The notes under the pieces were generated by a model that saw only the letters and a program-made list of their open reading frames with translations, had not been told where the DNA came from and searched no databases. DNA of 32,000 bases from an archaeon. Its GTDB lineage: Archaea > Iainarchaeota > Iainarchaeia > Iainarchaeales > CSSED10-239. How positions within the stretch are numbered: the stretch's first letter is position 1; every line of letters starts with the position of its first letter. This document shows, piece after piece, positions 24,123 through 31,458 of the stretch. The stretch is from positions 90,001 to 122,000 of the forward strand of contig DAOOUC010000002.1 in NCBI GenBank assembly GCA_035390665.1, read 5' to 3'. The position numbers were made by a program, and so were the translations under genes.

Positions 24123-24893
24123 ATGGGATTAAGACCAGGACATTGTTATTGTCAAAATGTTAAAAAAAGAGCATATTCAAGAATTGCAGTTAAAGTTCAT
24201 AAAAAGAACTTTATTGGTGGTGTACCAGGATTAAAGATAAGACAGTTTCACATGGGTAATGGGAATAGAGCATATACGCATGTAATTCATTTTACTACAA
24301 AAAACAAGGTACAGATTAGAGACAATGCAATTGAAGCAGTAAGACAAAGTGTTGTAAGACAGTTAAACAAGAAATTAACGGCAGTAAACTATTATATGAA
24401 AGTAAGAGTTTATCCTCAATTTTTCTTAAGAGAAAACAAACAAGCACAAGGGGCACACGCAGATAGAATTCAAACAGGAATGAGTCAATGTCCTTTTGGA
24501 AAAGTTGTTGGTAGAGCTTCAAGAGTAAGAGCAGGACAGAAAATATATAGTGTCTTAGTTGATGAAGCAAATGTTAAATTTGTTAAGGAACTTTTCGAAA
24601 GAATGGGTTCAAAGTTCCCTACAGAAATGAAAGTTATTGTTGAAAAGAATACAGATAATTTAAAGTCTGTTGGAACAGTAAGAAAGAAAAGAAAGATGAA
24701 GGAAGAAGAAGAAACAAAAGCCGCAACAACAGAAGCAGCACCAGCAGCAGGTAAAGATGCAAAAGCAGCAGCTCCTGCAAAGGGCGCAGCTCCAGCTAAA
24801 GGTGCAGCACCTGCAAAAGGCGCAGCTCCCGCAGGTAAAGATGCAAAAGCAGCAGCTCCAGCAAAGGGCGCAGCTCCAGCAAAGAAGAAATAA
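24123..24893 (+). CDS. rpl10e: Ribosomal protein uL16 (L10e) with ~80-aa Lys/Ala/Pro/Gly-rich C-terminal extension
   Basis: MGLRPGHCYC...GGVPGLKIRQFHMG...VRVYPQFFLRENKQAQGAHADRIQTGMSQCPFGKVVGRASRV is unmistakably L10e. The conserved core ends near residue 176. The tail is KKRKMKEEEE...AAPAKGAAPAKGAAPAKGAAPAGKDAKAAAPAKGAAPAKKK. AGGTGA lies 7 nt upstream. Confidence 0.92.
   Translation: MGLRPGHCYCQNVKKRAYSRIAVKVHKKNFIGGVPGLKIRQFHMGNGNRAYTHVIHFTTKNKVQIRDNAIEAVRQSVVRQLNKKLTAVNYYMKVRVYPQFFLRENKQAQGAHADRIQTGMSQCPFGKVVGRASRVRAGQKIYSVLVDEANVKFVKELFERMGSKFPTEMKVIVEKNTDNLKSVGTVRKKRKMKEEEETKAATTEAAPAAGKDAKAAAPAKGAAPAKGAAPAKGAAPAGKDAKAAAPAKGAAPAKKK
24747..24880. repeat. Near-perfect 50-nt direct duplication with 84-nt period, containing 18-nt (AAPAKG) sub-repeats, inside the L10e tail
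   Basis: GCAGGTAAAGATGCAAAAGCAGCAGCTCC[T/A]GCAAAGGGCGCAGCTCCAGC occurs at 24747-24796 and again at 24831-24880 with one difference. The segment is GC-rich within an AT-rich window. Confidence 0.8.
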
Positions 24894-24947
24894 GTGTTTT
24901 ATTTCTTTCTTTTTCTTTTTTTATTTGTATTTGAATTTTGAAAAATT

Positions 24948-26138
24948 ATGTATTTATTTTTACTTGGAAGAGATAAAGAACTTTCAAAACTTGAGCTTGC
25001 AATATATTTGCAAAAAAATAAAATTTCTTATTCTATCATTTCTAATTCTGAAAAATATTTAATCTTAGATATAAAAGAAAAGGAAAAGGAACTTATCAAT
25101 TTAACTCAAAATCTTGGGGGTATTGTTAGAGTTTGTAAAATTTATATATCTGCTAAAAAGATAACTAAAGAAATTATTGATAAATTAGATTTTAATGTTC
25201 CAAAAAAATTTAATTACACGATATCCAGTATTGATATAAATCAGAGAGAAATAGAAGCAGTTGAACAATTATTAAAACAGAGTTTTAAGGAAGAAAAAGC
25301 TAAGGCAGTTTATAAAAAGCCAATAAATCATTCTGAGAAAAAATCTAAATTTAATACAAATTATATTGCAAATCCGGATAATTATTATTCTTGGAAAATT
25401 GAAAATGGTTTGGAATTATTTGTAATTAAAAATTCAGATACTTATTATTTTGCAAGAACAATATCTTGTTTTGATCCTAAACAAAATATAATTAAAGATA
25501 AAGGACGCCCAGCAATAAAAGAAATGTATAATACATCTTTTAGATTAGTTTCAATTATGATTAATCTTTTAGGTCTTGAAAAAGGTAAAACTATTGTAGA
25601 TCCGTTTTGTGGAACAGGAACTTTCTTAATAGAAGGACTTATTAAAGGTTATAGTGTTGTGGGTATTGATGTCGATCAAGAGATGGTAGAAGCAAGTAAT
25701 AAAAATGTTTCTTGGGCAATAAAAGAATTTAAATTAAAGGGTAATTATAAAATAATTAAAGGTAATTCAGGGACATCTAAATTTCAAGCAGATGCATCTG
25801 TCTTTGAACCATATATGGGGCCATTTTTACGTAAAGCAATTAATATTGATAAAGCAAGAGCAACAATTAAAGAATTAAATGATATTTATTTTCAAGTTTT
25901 TGAAAATCTTTCAAAACAGTTACCTAAGAAATCAAAAGTGGTTTGTATTCTACCAGAATTGAAAACTTTTGATAATAAAGTTGTTCCAATTAACTGGGCA
26001 GTTTATGAAAAAAATGGATTTAGTTTAGTTGATGTTTCAAAAATTGATTGTACTTTAGGATTAAGAAATCCAATAAATTATTCTACACCTAGTGGATCAA
26101 TGATTAATAGAAAAATATATATTTTAGAAAGATTATGA
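24948..26138 (+). CDS. Trm11/Trm-G10-like SAM-dependent tRNA (guanine-N2) methyltransferase
   Basis: The N-terminus MYLFLLGRDKELSKLELAIYL is typical of this family. RPAIKEMYNTSFRLVSIMINLLGL is followed by motif I, IVDPFCGTGTFLIEG, then VVGIDVD. Motif IV appears as the variant VFEPYMG instead of D/N-[PL]-P-Y-G. Confidence 0.65.
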   Translation: MYLFLLGRDKELSKLELAIYLQKNKISYSIISNSEKYLILDIKEKEKELINLTQNLGGIVRVCKIYISAKKITKEIIDKLDFNVPKKFNYTISSIDINQREIEAVEQLLKQSFKEEKAKAVYKKPINHSEKKSKFNTNYIANPDNYYSWKIENGLELFVIKNSDTYYFARTISCFDPKQNIIKDKGRPAIKEMYNTSFRLVSIMINLLGLEKGKTIVDPFCGTGTFLIEGLIKGYSVVGIDVDQEMVEASNKNVSWAIKEFKLKGNYKIIKGNSGTSKFQADASVFEPYMGPFLRKAINIDKARATIKELNDIYFQVFENLSKQLPKKSKVVCILPELKTFDNKVVPINWAVYEKNGFSLVDVSKIDCTLGLRNPINYSTPSGSMINRKIYILERL

Positions 26139-26159
26139 ATTTAAAGGAGTGAATAGGAT

Positions 26160-26621
26160 ATGGAAAGAACATTATTGATATTTAAACCTGATGCACTAAA
26201 TAGAGCGTTAGTTGGAGAAATTTTACATAGATTTGAAAGAAAAGGATTAAAGATTGTAGGAATGAAAATGATGTATCTTAGTGATGACTTACTTGATGAA
26301 CACTATTCTCATCTTAAAGACAAACCCTTTTTTCCAAGAATAAAAAAGTTTATGAAGAGTGCACCTTCAATTCTTTGTGTTCTTGAGGGAAACAACGTAA
26401 TTAGTGTTGTTAGAAATTTAGTGGGAGTTACAAGAGGTTATGAAGCAGCTTCAGGCACAATAAGGGGAGATTATTCCTTAAGTGGGCAATGTAATGTAGT
26501 CCATGCATCTGATTCTATTGTTGCTTCAGACATTGAAATTGCTAGATTTTTTAAAGATAATGAATTGTTTAATTACGAAAAAGTTGATTTAAATTTTGTA
26601 TATGCAGAAGACGAGAAATAA
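26160..26621 (+). CDS. ndk: Nucleoside diphosphate kinase
   Basis: ERTLLIFKPDALNRALVGEILHRFERKGLKIVGMK, YSHLKDKPFF and GTIRGDY are present, and the active-site His lies in NVVHASDS. Confidence 0.93.
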   Translation: MERTLLIFKPDALNRALVGEILHRFERKGLKIVGMKMMYLSDDLLDEHYSHLKDKPFFPRIKKFMKSAPSILCVLEGNNVISVVRNLVGVTRGYEAASGTIRGDYSLSGQCNVVHASDSIVASDIEIARFFKDNELFNYEKVDLNFVYAEDEK

Positions 26622-26640
26622 TTTTTCGTCCTTTTTCTTT
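26610..26640 (+). terminator. 9-bp hairpin with the ndk stop codon in its loop, followed by CTTTTTCTTT
   Basis: GACGAGAAA-TAA-TTTTTCGTC at 26610-26630 contains one G.U pair. A T-rich run follows at 26631-26640. Confidence 0.5.
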
Positions 26641-26777
26641 AATTTTTGATAAATGATAATAATTTCATTTGTTTTTGTAGTTGCCTGCAAAACAACAGCT
26701 TATTTGAAATCACAGTTCATGAAATTTGTTTCATGTTTGTAGAATTATAAATGAACCTGTTTTCATATTAAAAAAAT

Positions 26778-26795
26778 AAAAAGCTTTATATATAT
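26778..26795 (+). promoter_or_regulatory. BRE/TATA-like box (AAAAAGCTTTATATATAT)
   Basis: This is the best copy of the window motif. It lies about 35-50 nt upstream of the ATG at 26830 of the K/A/P-rich micro-ORF. Confidence 0.45.
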
Positions 26796-26829
26796 AATGC
26801 TACACAATTATTATATAATATTTTTCCAA

Positions 26830-26937
26830 ATGGGGAAGGAAAAGGTAAAACGGGGTGAAATGAAAATGGTTGCAAAGAAAAAGCCTGCTGCAAAAAAAAC
26901 AACAGCAAAGCCTAAAGCAAAAGCAAAGAAGAAGTAA
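26830..26937 (+). CDS. Unlisted micro-ORF encoding a 35-aa, highly basic Lys/Ala/Pro-rich peptide (MGKEKVKRGEMKMVAKKKPAAKKTTAKPKAKAKKK)
   Basis: Translated by hand. It has its own TATA-like box and a downstream T-rich terminator (26950-26985). Alternative in-frame starts are at 26860 and 26866, preceded by GGGGTGA. It is below the size cut-off of the ORF track. Confidence 0.4.
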   Translation: MGKEKVKRGEMKMVAKKKPAAKKTTAKPKAKAKKK

Positions 26938-27119
26938 ATCTTAGGTAACTAGATTTATTCTTTTTATTTTATTTTTTTTCTATTTCTATTTTTTCTAAAT
27001 CTTTCTTAAGATATTATCTTTATGTACTTTTTTAAAAAAGTCAGGTTTTAAATCTTTCTTTTCATATATATATACAAATTAATTAATTTAATTTGAAATA
27101 ACAAGAAAACAGTGAGACT

Positions 27120-27263
27120 ATGAAATACGAAACAAAGATGTGTCAATTTTGTAAAAATGTTACAAGACACAGAGTAGATGAAGAAACTGGCGAAGAAATT
27201 TGTTTAAAGTGTAATAATGAACCGCCAAAGGCAAAAGATTATAGATTTAAAGGATTTAGATAA
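27120..27263 (+). CDS. Unlisted micro-ORF encoding a 47-aa zinc-ribbon protein (C-x2-C ... C-x2-C)
   Basis: Hand translation gives MKYETKMCQFCKNVTRHRVDEETGEEICLKCNNEPPKAKDYRFKGFR. The two CxxC pairs are 18 residues apart. TATA-like TTTTCATATATATATA lies about 50 nt upstream and a T-run follows the stop. Confidence 0.5.
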   Translation: MKYETKMCQFCKNVTRHRVDEETGEEICLKCNNEPPKAKDYRFKGFR

Positions 27264-27348
27264 AGATCCTTTCTTTTTATTTTTTAATCACTCATCTTTA
27301 CGGTTTTTCTTGATTTCATAAAAAAGCAAGTTTTTTAATATATAGCGC

Positions 27349-27360
27349 CTTTATATTTTA
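27349..27360 (+). promoter_or_regulatory. TATA-like box (CCTTTATATTTTA) upstream of the thioredoxin-fold gene
   Basis: Carries the recurrent motif about 45 nt upstream of the ATG at 27400. Confidence 0.4.
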
Positions 27361-27399
27361 TTGTAATTATAAAAATTAAACTAGTAAATAGGTAAATCA

Positions 27400-27732
27400 A
27401 TGTCAGTCATACTTTGTAATAGACACAACTTTGAAGAGGAAGTGGTTGAATCAGATGTACCTGTGGTTATTTATTTTTGGGAAACTCTTTCTGGGCCATC
27501 AAGGGCTCTTAATTTAACTTTTGAAGAACTTAGTAATGAATATAATAATAAGATTAAATTTCTTAAAATTAATAGTGAAGAAAACAAGCCAATTTCAACA
27601 ATGTTTAATATTGATGAAGTGCCTTGTATTGTTATTATGAAACGTGGTGGAGAAATGGGTAGAATTGTAGGATTTGAACCAAAACCTATTTTAAAACAAA
27701 AAATAGACCACATTCTTTCAAGATTAAGATAA
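27400..27732 (+). CDS. Thioredoxin-fold protein lacking both active-site cysteines (SGPS in place of CGPC)
   Basis: PVVIYFWETLSGPSRALNLTFEELSNEY...IKFLKINSEEN...FNIDEVPCIVIMKRGGE aligns block by block with thioredoxin (vlVdFWA-WCGPCk...cis-Pro...G). Confidence 0.8.
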   Translation: MSVILCNRHNFEEEVVESDVPVVIYFWETLSGPSRALNLTFEELSNEYNNKIKFLKINSEENKPISTMFNIDEVPCIVIMKRGGEMGRIVGFEPKPILKQKIDHILSRLR

Positions 27733-27785
27733 AATTATTGTAGATAAATAATATGCAATCGTATATTAAAAATATACATTAAAAC

Positions 27786-27803
27786 AAACTCTTTTTATAT
27801 ATA
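27786..27803 (+). promoter_or_regulatory. BRE/TATA-like box (AAACTCTTTTTATATATA)
   Basis: It is centred about 25 nt upstream of the ATG at 27822, so that ORF would be leaderless or nearly so. Confidence 0.4.
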
Positions 27804-27821
27804 ATCTAACATATATTATAT

Positions 27822-28064
27822 ATGCAATTAAGCAAATCAAAACCACTTTCTTGGTATACAGAAATTTTTACAAGTGGTTATCTTAAATCTCATATATTTT
27901 CTACATTATTTATCTATGCAATTCTAGTAATTATCTTAATGGCATTAATAAACGAAATAAAGACATTTGAAATTTTATCTTTTGGTAAATTTATATTAAA
28001 AGTAATATTTTCAATAATTATAATATATTTAATCAAATTATTTTTTGAAAAATTTAATATTTAA
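27822..28064 (+). CDS. Small hydrophobic protein (two predicted TM helices), function unknown
   Basis: 80-aa ORF with two long hydrophobic stretches. A promoter-like box lies just upstream and tyrS starts 12 nt downstream. I recognised no family. Confidence 0.4.
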   Translation: MQLSKSKPLSWYTEIFTSGYLKSHIFSTLFIYAILVIILMALINEIKTFEILSFGKFILKVIFSIIIIYLIKLFFEKFNI

Positions 28065-28076
28065 GAAGGGAAAACC

Positions 28077-29171
28077 ATGACTCTAACAACAGAAGAAAGA
28101 TTAAAACTAATTAAAGAAGTTTCTGAAGAAATTATTGGTGAAGTTGAATTAATTGAGCTTTTAAAATCTAATAAACCACTGATTGCTTATGATGGTTTTG
28201 AACCTTCAGGAAGAATTCATATTGCTCAAGGATTAATGAGAGCAATTAATGTTAATAAACTTTCTAAAGCAGGAATTCATTTTAAATTTTGGGTGGCTGA
28301 CTGGTTTGCTTTAATGAATAATAAAATGGACGGAGATTTAGAAAAAATACAAACGGTTGGAAAATATTTTATAGAAGTTTGGAAAGCTTCAGGAATGGAT
28401 ATGAAAAATTGTGAGTTTTTGTGGGCTTCTGAGAATATGGATCAAGAATATTGGTTAATGGTTTTAAAGATTGCAAGAATCAACACAGTTGCAAGAATAA
28501 CAAGATGTTCTCAGATTATGGGCAGAACAGATAAAGATGAGCTTTCAGCAGCTCAAATTTTTTATCCTTGTATGCAAGCAGCAGACATTTGGAATCTTAA
28601 AGCAGATATAGCACAACTTGGAATGGATCAAAGAAAGGTAAATGTTCTTGCAAGAGAAAGTTTTCCAAAACTCGGCCTTAAAAAACCAATAGCAATACAT
28701 CATCACATGCTTATGGGTTTAACAGAACCAAAAACAGAAGGATTAGAAGGAGCAGAAGCAGCAATAGCAAAAAAGATGTCTAAATCAAATCCAGATTCTG
28801 CAATTTTTATGACTGACACAACAGAAGAAATTAATAAAAAATTTAAGAAGGCATATTGCCCAGAAGGAATTGTAGAAGACAATCCAGTATTAGAATATTG
28901 TAAATATATAATATTTGAAAAAATAAAAGACGGAACTTTAAAAGAATTTAAAGTAGAAAGACCTGAAAAGTTTGGAGGTAATGTTATCTATAAAGATTAT
29001 TCTGAACTTGAAAAGGATTTTATAGAGAAGAAATTACATCCAATGGATTTGAAAGCATCAAGTGCAAAGTATATTGATGAGCTTTTGGAACCAGTAAGAA
29101 AACATTTCCAAATAGATGAAAAAGCTAAAGAACTTTTGACAAAAGTTGAAAGTTATATTATTACAAAATAG
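28077..29171 (+). CDS. tyrS: Tyrosyl-tRNA synthetase, archaeal/eukaryotic type
   Basis: AYDGFEPSGRIHIAQG is the HIGH-region variant typical of archaeal TyrRS. ADWFALMNNKMDGDLEKI is present, as is an exact KMSKS. TrpRS is not fully excluded without a profile search. Confidence 0.8.
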   Translation: MTLTTEERLKLIKEVSEEIIGEVELIELLKSNKPLIAYDGFEPSGRIHIAQGLMRAINVNKLSKAGIHFKFWVADWFALMNNKMDGDLEKIQTVGKYFIEVWKASGMDMKNCEFLWASENMDQEYWLMVLKIARINTVARITRCSQIMGRTDKDELSAAQIFYPCMQAADIWNLKADIAQLGMDQRKVNVLARESFPKLGLKKPIAIHHHMLMGLTEPKTEGLEGAEAAIAKKMSKSNPDSAIFMTDTTEEINKKFKKAYCPEGIVEDNPVLEYCKYIIFEKIKDGTLKEFKVERPEKFGGNVIYKDYSELEKDFIEKKLHPMDLKASSAKYIDELLEPVRKHFQIDEKAKELLTKVESYIITK

Positions 29172-29177
29172 ATAATT

Positions 29178-30866
29178 ATGTCAAACAACGATGCAATCAA
29201 ACTGTTAATTTTAGAAAATGCCGTAAAATATAAAGGAACAGCAGATAAGAAGTTTGTGTTTGGTGGGGTATTAGCAAACCACCCAGAATATAGAACTAAA
29301 CAACAAGAATTGCACGAAATCTTGGACAAGCTTATATCAGAAATTAACTCTTTGGATTTAGACACTCAAAAACAAGAACTTGAAAAGTTAAATCCAAACT
29401 TTTTTGATAAAAAAGATAAAGTTGAACGTAACATTTTTGCTTTTCTAAATATAAAAAACGGAGATAAAGTCATAAGTGCTTTTCCACCAAGTCCAGAAAA
29501 GTATTATCACATAGGGCATGCAAAAGCAATTCTTCTTAATTATCTTTTGTCTCAAAAATATAATGGAAAGTTCTATTTAAGATTTGAAGACACAAATCCA
29601 GAAAAGGTTTTGCCGGAGTTTTATACAATAATGCTTGAAGACATTGGTTGGCTTGGTGTTAAATGGGATCAGGTTCAATATGCTTCAGATCATATGGATT
29701 TATTTATATCTTGTGCAGAGAAATTAATTAAAGAAAACAAAGCTTACATGTGTTTCTGTAAACCAGAAGAAGCAAGTGATAAAAGAGCAAAAGGAGAAGA
29801 TTGTTCTTGTAGAAATCACACCCTTGAAGAAAATTTAAAATTCTGGAATGAGTTTTCAAGTTATCCTGAAGGTAAAGCAGTTTTAAGATTAAAGATTGAC
29901 ATGAAACACAAGAATTACAGAATGAGAGATCCAACAATCTTTAGAAGAATAGATACAAAACACCCAAGAATAGGCGATAAATATAATATTTATCCAATGT
30001 ATGATTTTCAAAATCCAATAATGGATGGTTATTTTAATATTACTCATAGACTGAGAACAGTTGAGTTTGAGATGGCTAGTGAGTTACATCATTATATTAG
30101 AAATATTTTAGGTCTTTATGACACCTATACCTATGAGTTTTCAAGACTTAACTTTGAAGGAACAGAGTCAAGTGGAAGAGTAATTAGAGAAAAAGTAGAG
30201 TCTGGAGAATTGATTGGTTGGGATGATCCAAGTCTTCCAACTTTAAGGGCATTAAAAAGAAGAGGTTTTACCCCCCAAGCAATTACTCAAATGGTAATTG
30301 AAAGCGGGATAACAAAATCTTCTGGTTCTTTATTGACTTGGGATACTTTAATAAAATATAATAAAAGAATATTAAACGACAGCTCAAAAAGATTCTTTTT
30401 TATTAAAGAACCGACAGAAATATTAATATCAGAAGACAAAAATAAAGAATTTTTATTAGAGATGCATCCAAGTGTTTCTTTGGGTAAAAGAAATTTCAAA
30501 TCAACAGGGAAATATTATCTTGAAAAAGAAGATGTTGATTCTTTTAAAGATGGAGTTTTAGTAAGATTAATGGATAATATTAATTTTATTTATACAAAAA
30601 AAATAAATAAATTCCATTCAGAGGATTATTTAAATTTTAAAAATTTTAAAGAAGAGAAGAAGATTATTCACTTTCTTCCAGCAGATAAAAATCAATTGTT
30701 AACTGCAACAATCTTTATGCCTGATCATAGAATTATCAAAGGAATTGCAGAAAAGAATATTCAATCTTTAAAGGTTGGAGAGATTATTCAATTTGAAAGA
30801 TTTGGATTCTGTAGATTGGATTCAATAACTGAAGAAAATGTTTATAACTTTTGGTTTACACATTAA
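29178..30866 (+). CDS. gltX: Glutamyl-tRNA synthetase, archaeal type
   Basis: The N-terminal domain contains ILENAVKYKGTADKKFVFGGVL, as in archaeal GluRS. Then come FPPSPEKYYHIGHAKAILLNY (HIGH), LRFEDTNPE and DPTIFRR. The protein is 562 aa. Confidence 0.9.
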   Translation: MSNNDAIKLLILENAVKYKGTADKKFVFGGVLANHPEYRTKQQELHEILDKLISEINSLDLDTQKQELEKLNPNFFDKKDKVERNIFAFLNIKNGDKVISAFPPSPEKYYHIGHAKAILLNYLLSQKYNGKFYLRFEDTNPEKVLPEFYTIMLEDIGWLGVKWDQVQYASDHMDLFISCAEKLIKENKAYMCFCKPEEASDKRAKGEDCSCRNHTLEENLKFWNEFSSYPEGKAVLRLKIDMKHKNYRMRDPTIFRRIDTKHPRIGDKYNIYPMYDFQNPIMDGYFNITHRLRTVEFEMASELHHYIRNILGLYDTYTYEFSRLNFEGTESSGRVIREKVESGELIGWDDPSLPTLRALKRRGFTPQAITQMVIESGITKSSGSLLTWDTLIKYNKRILNDSSKRFFFIKEPTEILISEDKNKEFLLEMHPSVSLGKRNFKSTGKYYLEKEDVDSFKDGVLVRLMDNINFIYTKKINKFHSEDYLNFKNFKEEKKIIHFLPADKNQLLTATIFMPDHRIIKGIAEKNIQSLKVGEIIQFERFGFCRLDSITEENVYNFWFTH

Positions 30867-30882
30867 AAAGGAGAAATAAAAG

Positions 30883-31446
30883 ATGTTACAAAAAATAAAT
30901 GATGAAGTATATAAGATTGCATGTGATTCAAACATGTATTACATAAAACCATTAGAGCTTGTAATTGATACAGGTAATTTTCAAGAAAGAGCAATGGTTG
31001 AAAGAGAGTTGAAAAGTGTAGTTGATCCCGCAACCATAAAAACAGTTATCTTTACTCATCTTCATTATGATCACATAGGTAACTTCAATATGTTTCCTAA
31101 TGCCAAATTTTATGCGCATAAAGACGAAATTTCTTATTTTGAAATGAACAAAGAAGGAGCTGTATTAAATCCAGTAATTGTTAAGAAATTTACTCCAAAA
31201 TTAATTAGTATTGCAAGATTAAAACTACCTAAAAGATATGAGATTATTCACACACCCGGTCATACAGGTGGTTCAATATGTATCCTAGATAATGTAAAAA
31301 AAATTCTTTTCTCAGGAGACACACTTTTCTATGACGGTCATGGAAGAGTTGATCTTCCAAGTTCTGAAGCAAAAAAGATGGAAAAAACCTTAGATTTGAT
31401 AGCAGATCTTGATTTTGAAACTCTTTGCCCAGGTCACGATTATTAA
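30883..31446 (+). CDS. Metallo-beta-lactamase-fold hydrolase
   Basis: The H-x-H-x-D-H motif lies in FTHLHYDHIGN. Downstream are HTPGHTGGS, SGDTLF and PGHD. AAGGAG lies 8 nt upstream. Confidence 0.8.
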   Translation: MLQKINDEVYKIACDSNMYYIKPLELVIDTGNFQERAMVERELKSVVDPATIKTVIFTHLHYDHIGNFNMFPNAKFYAHKDEISYFEMNKEGAVLNPVIVKKFTPKLISIARLKLPKRYEIIHTPGHTGGSICILDNVKKILFSGDTLFYDGHGRVDLPSSEAKKMEKTLDLIADLDFETLCPGHDY

Positions 31447-31458
31447 TTTTGAAAAATT

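Noticed and set aside
24757-25062. A 101-aa + strand ORF with a Gln/Leu-rich repeat overlaps the L10e tail and the spacer.
   Set aside because: It is an alternative-frame reading of the GC-rich AAPAKG repeat. It runs across the L10e stop and into the next gene's start. The L10e frame is continuous with a conserved core, so this one is a shadow ORF.
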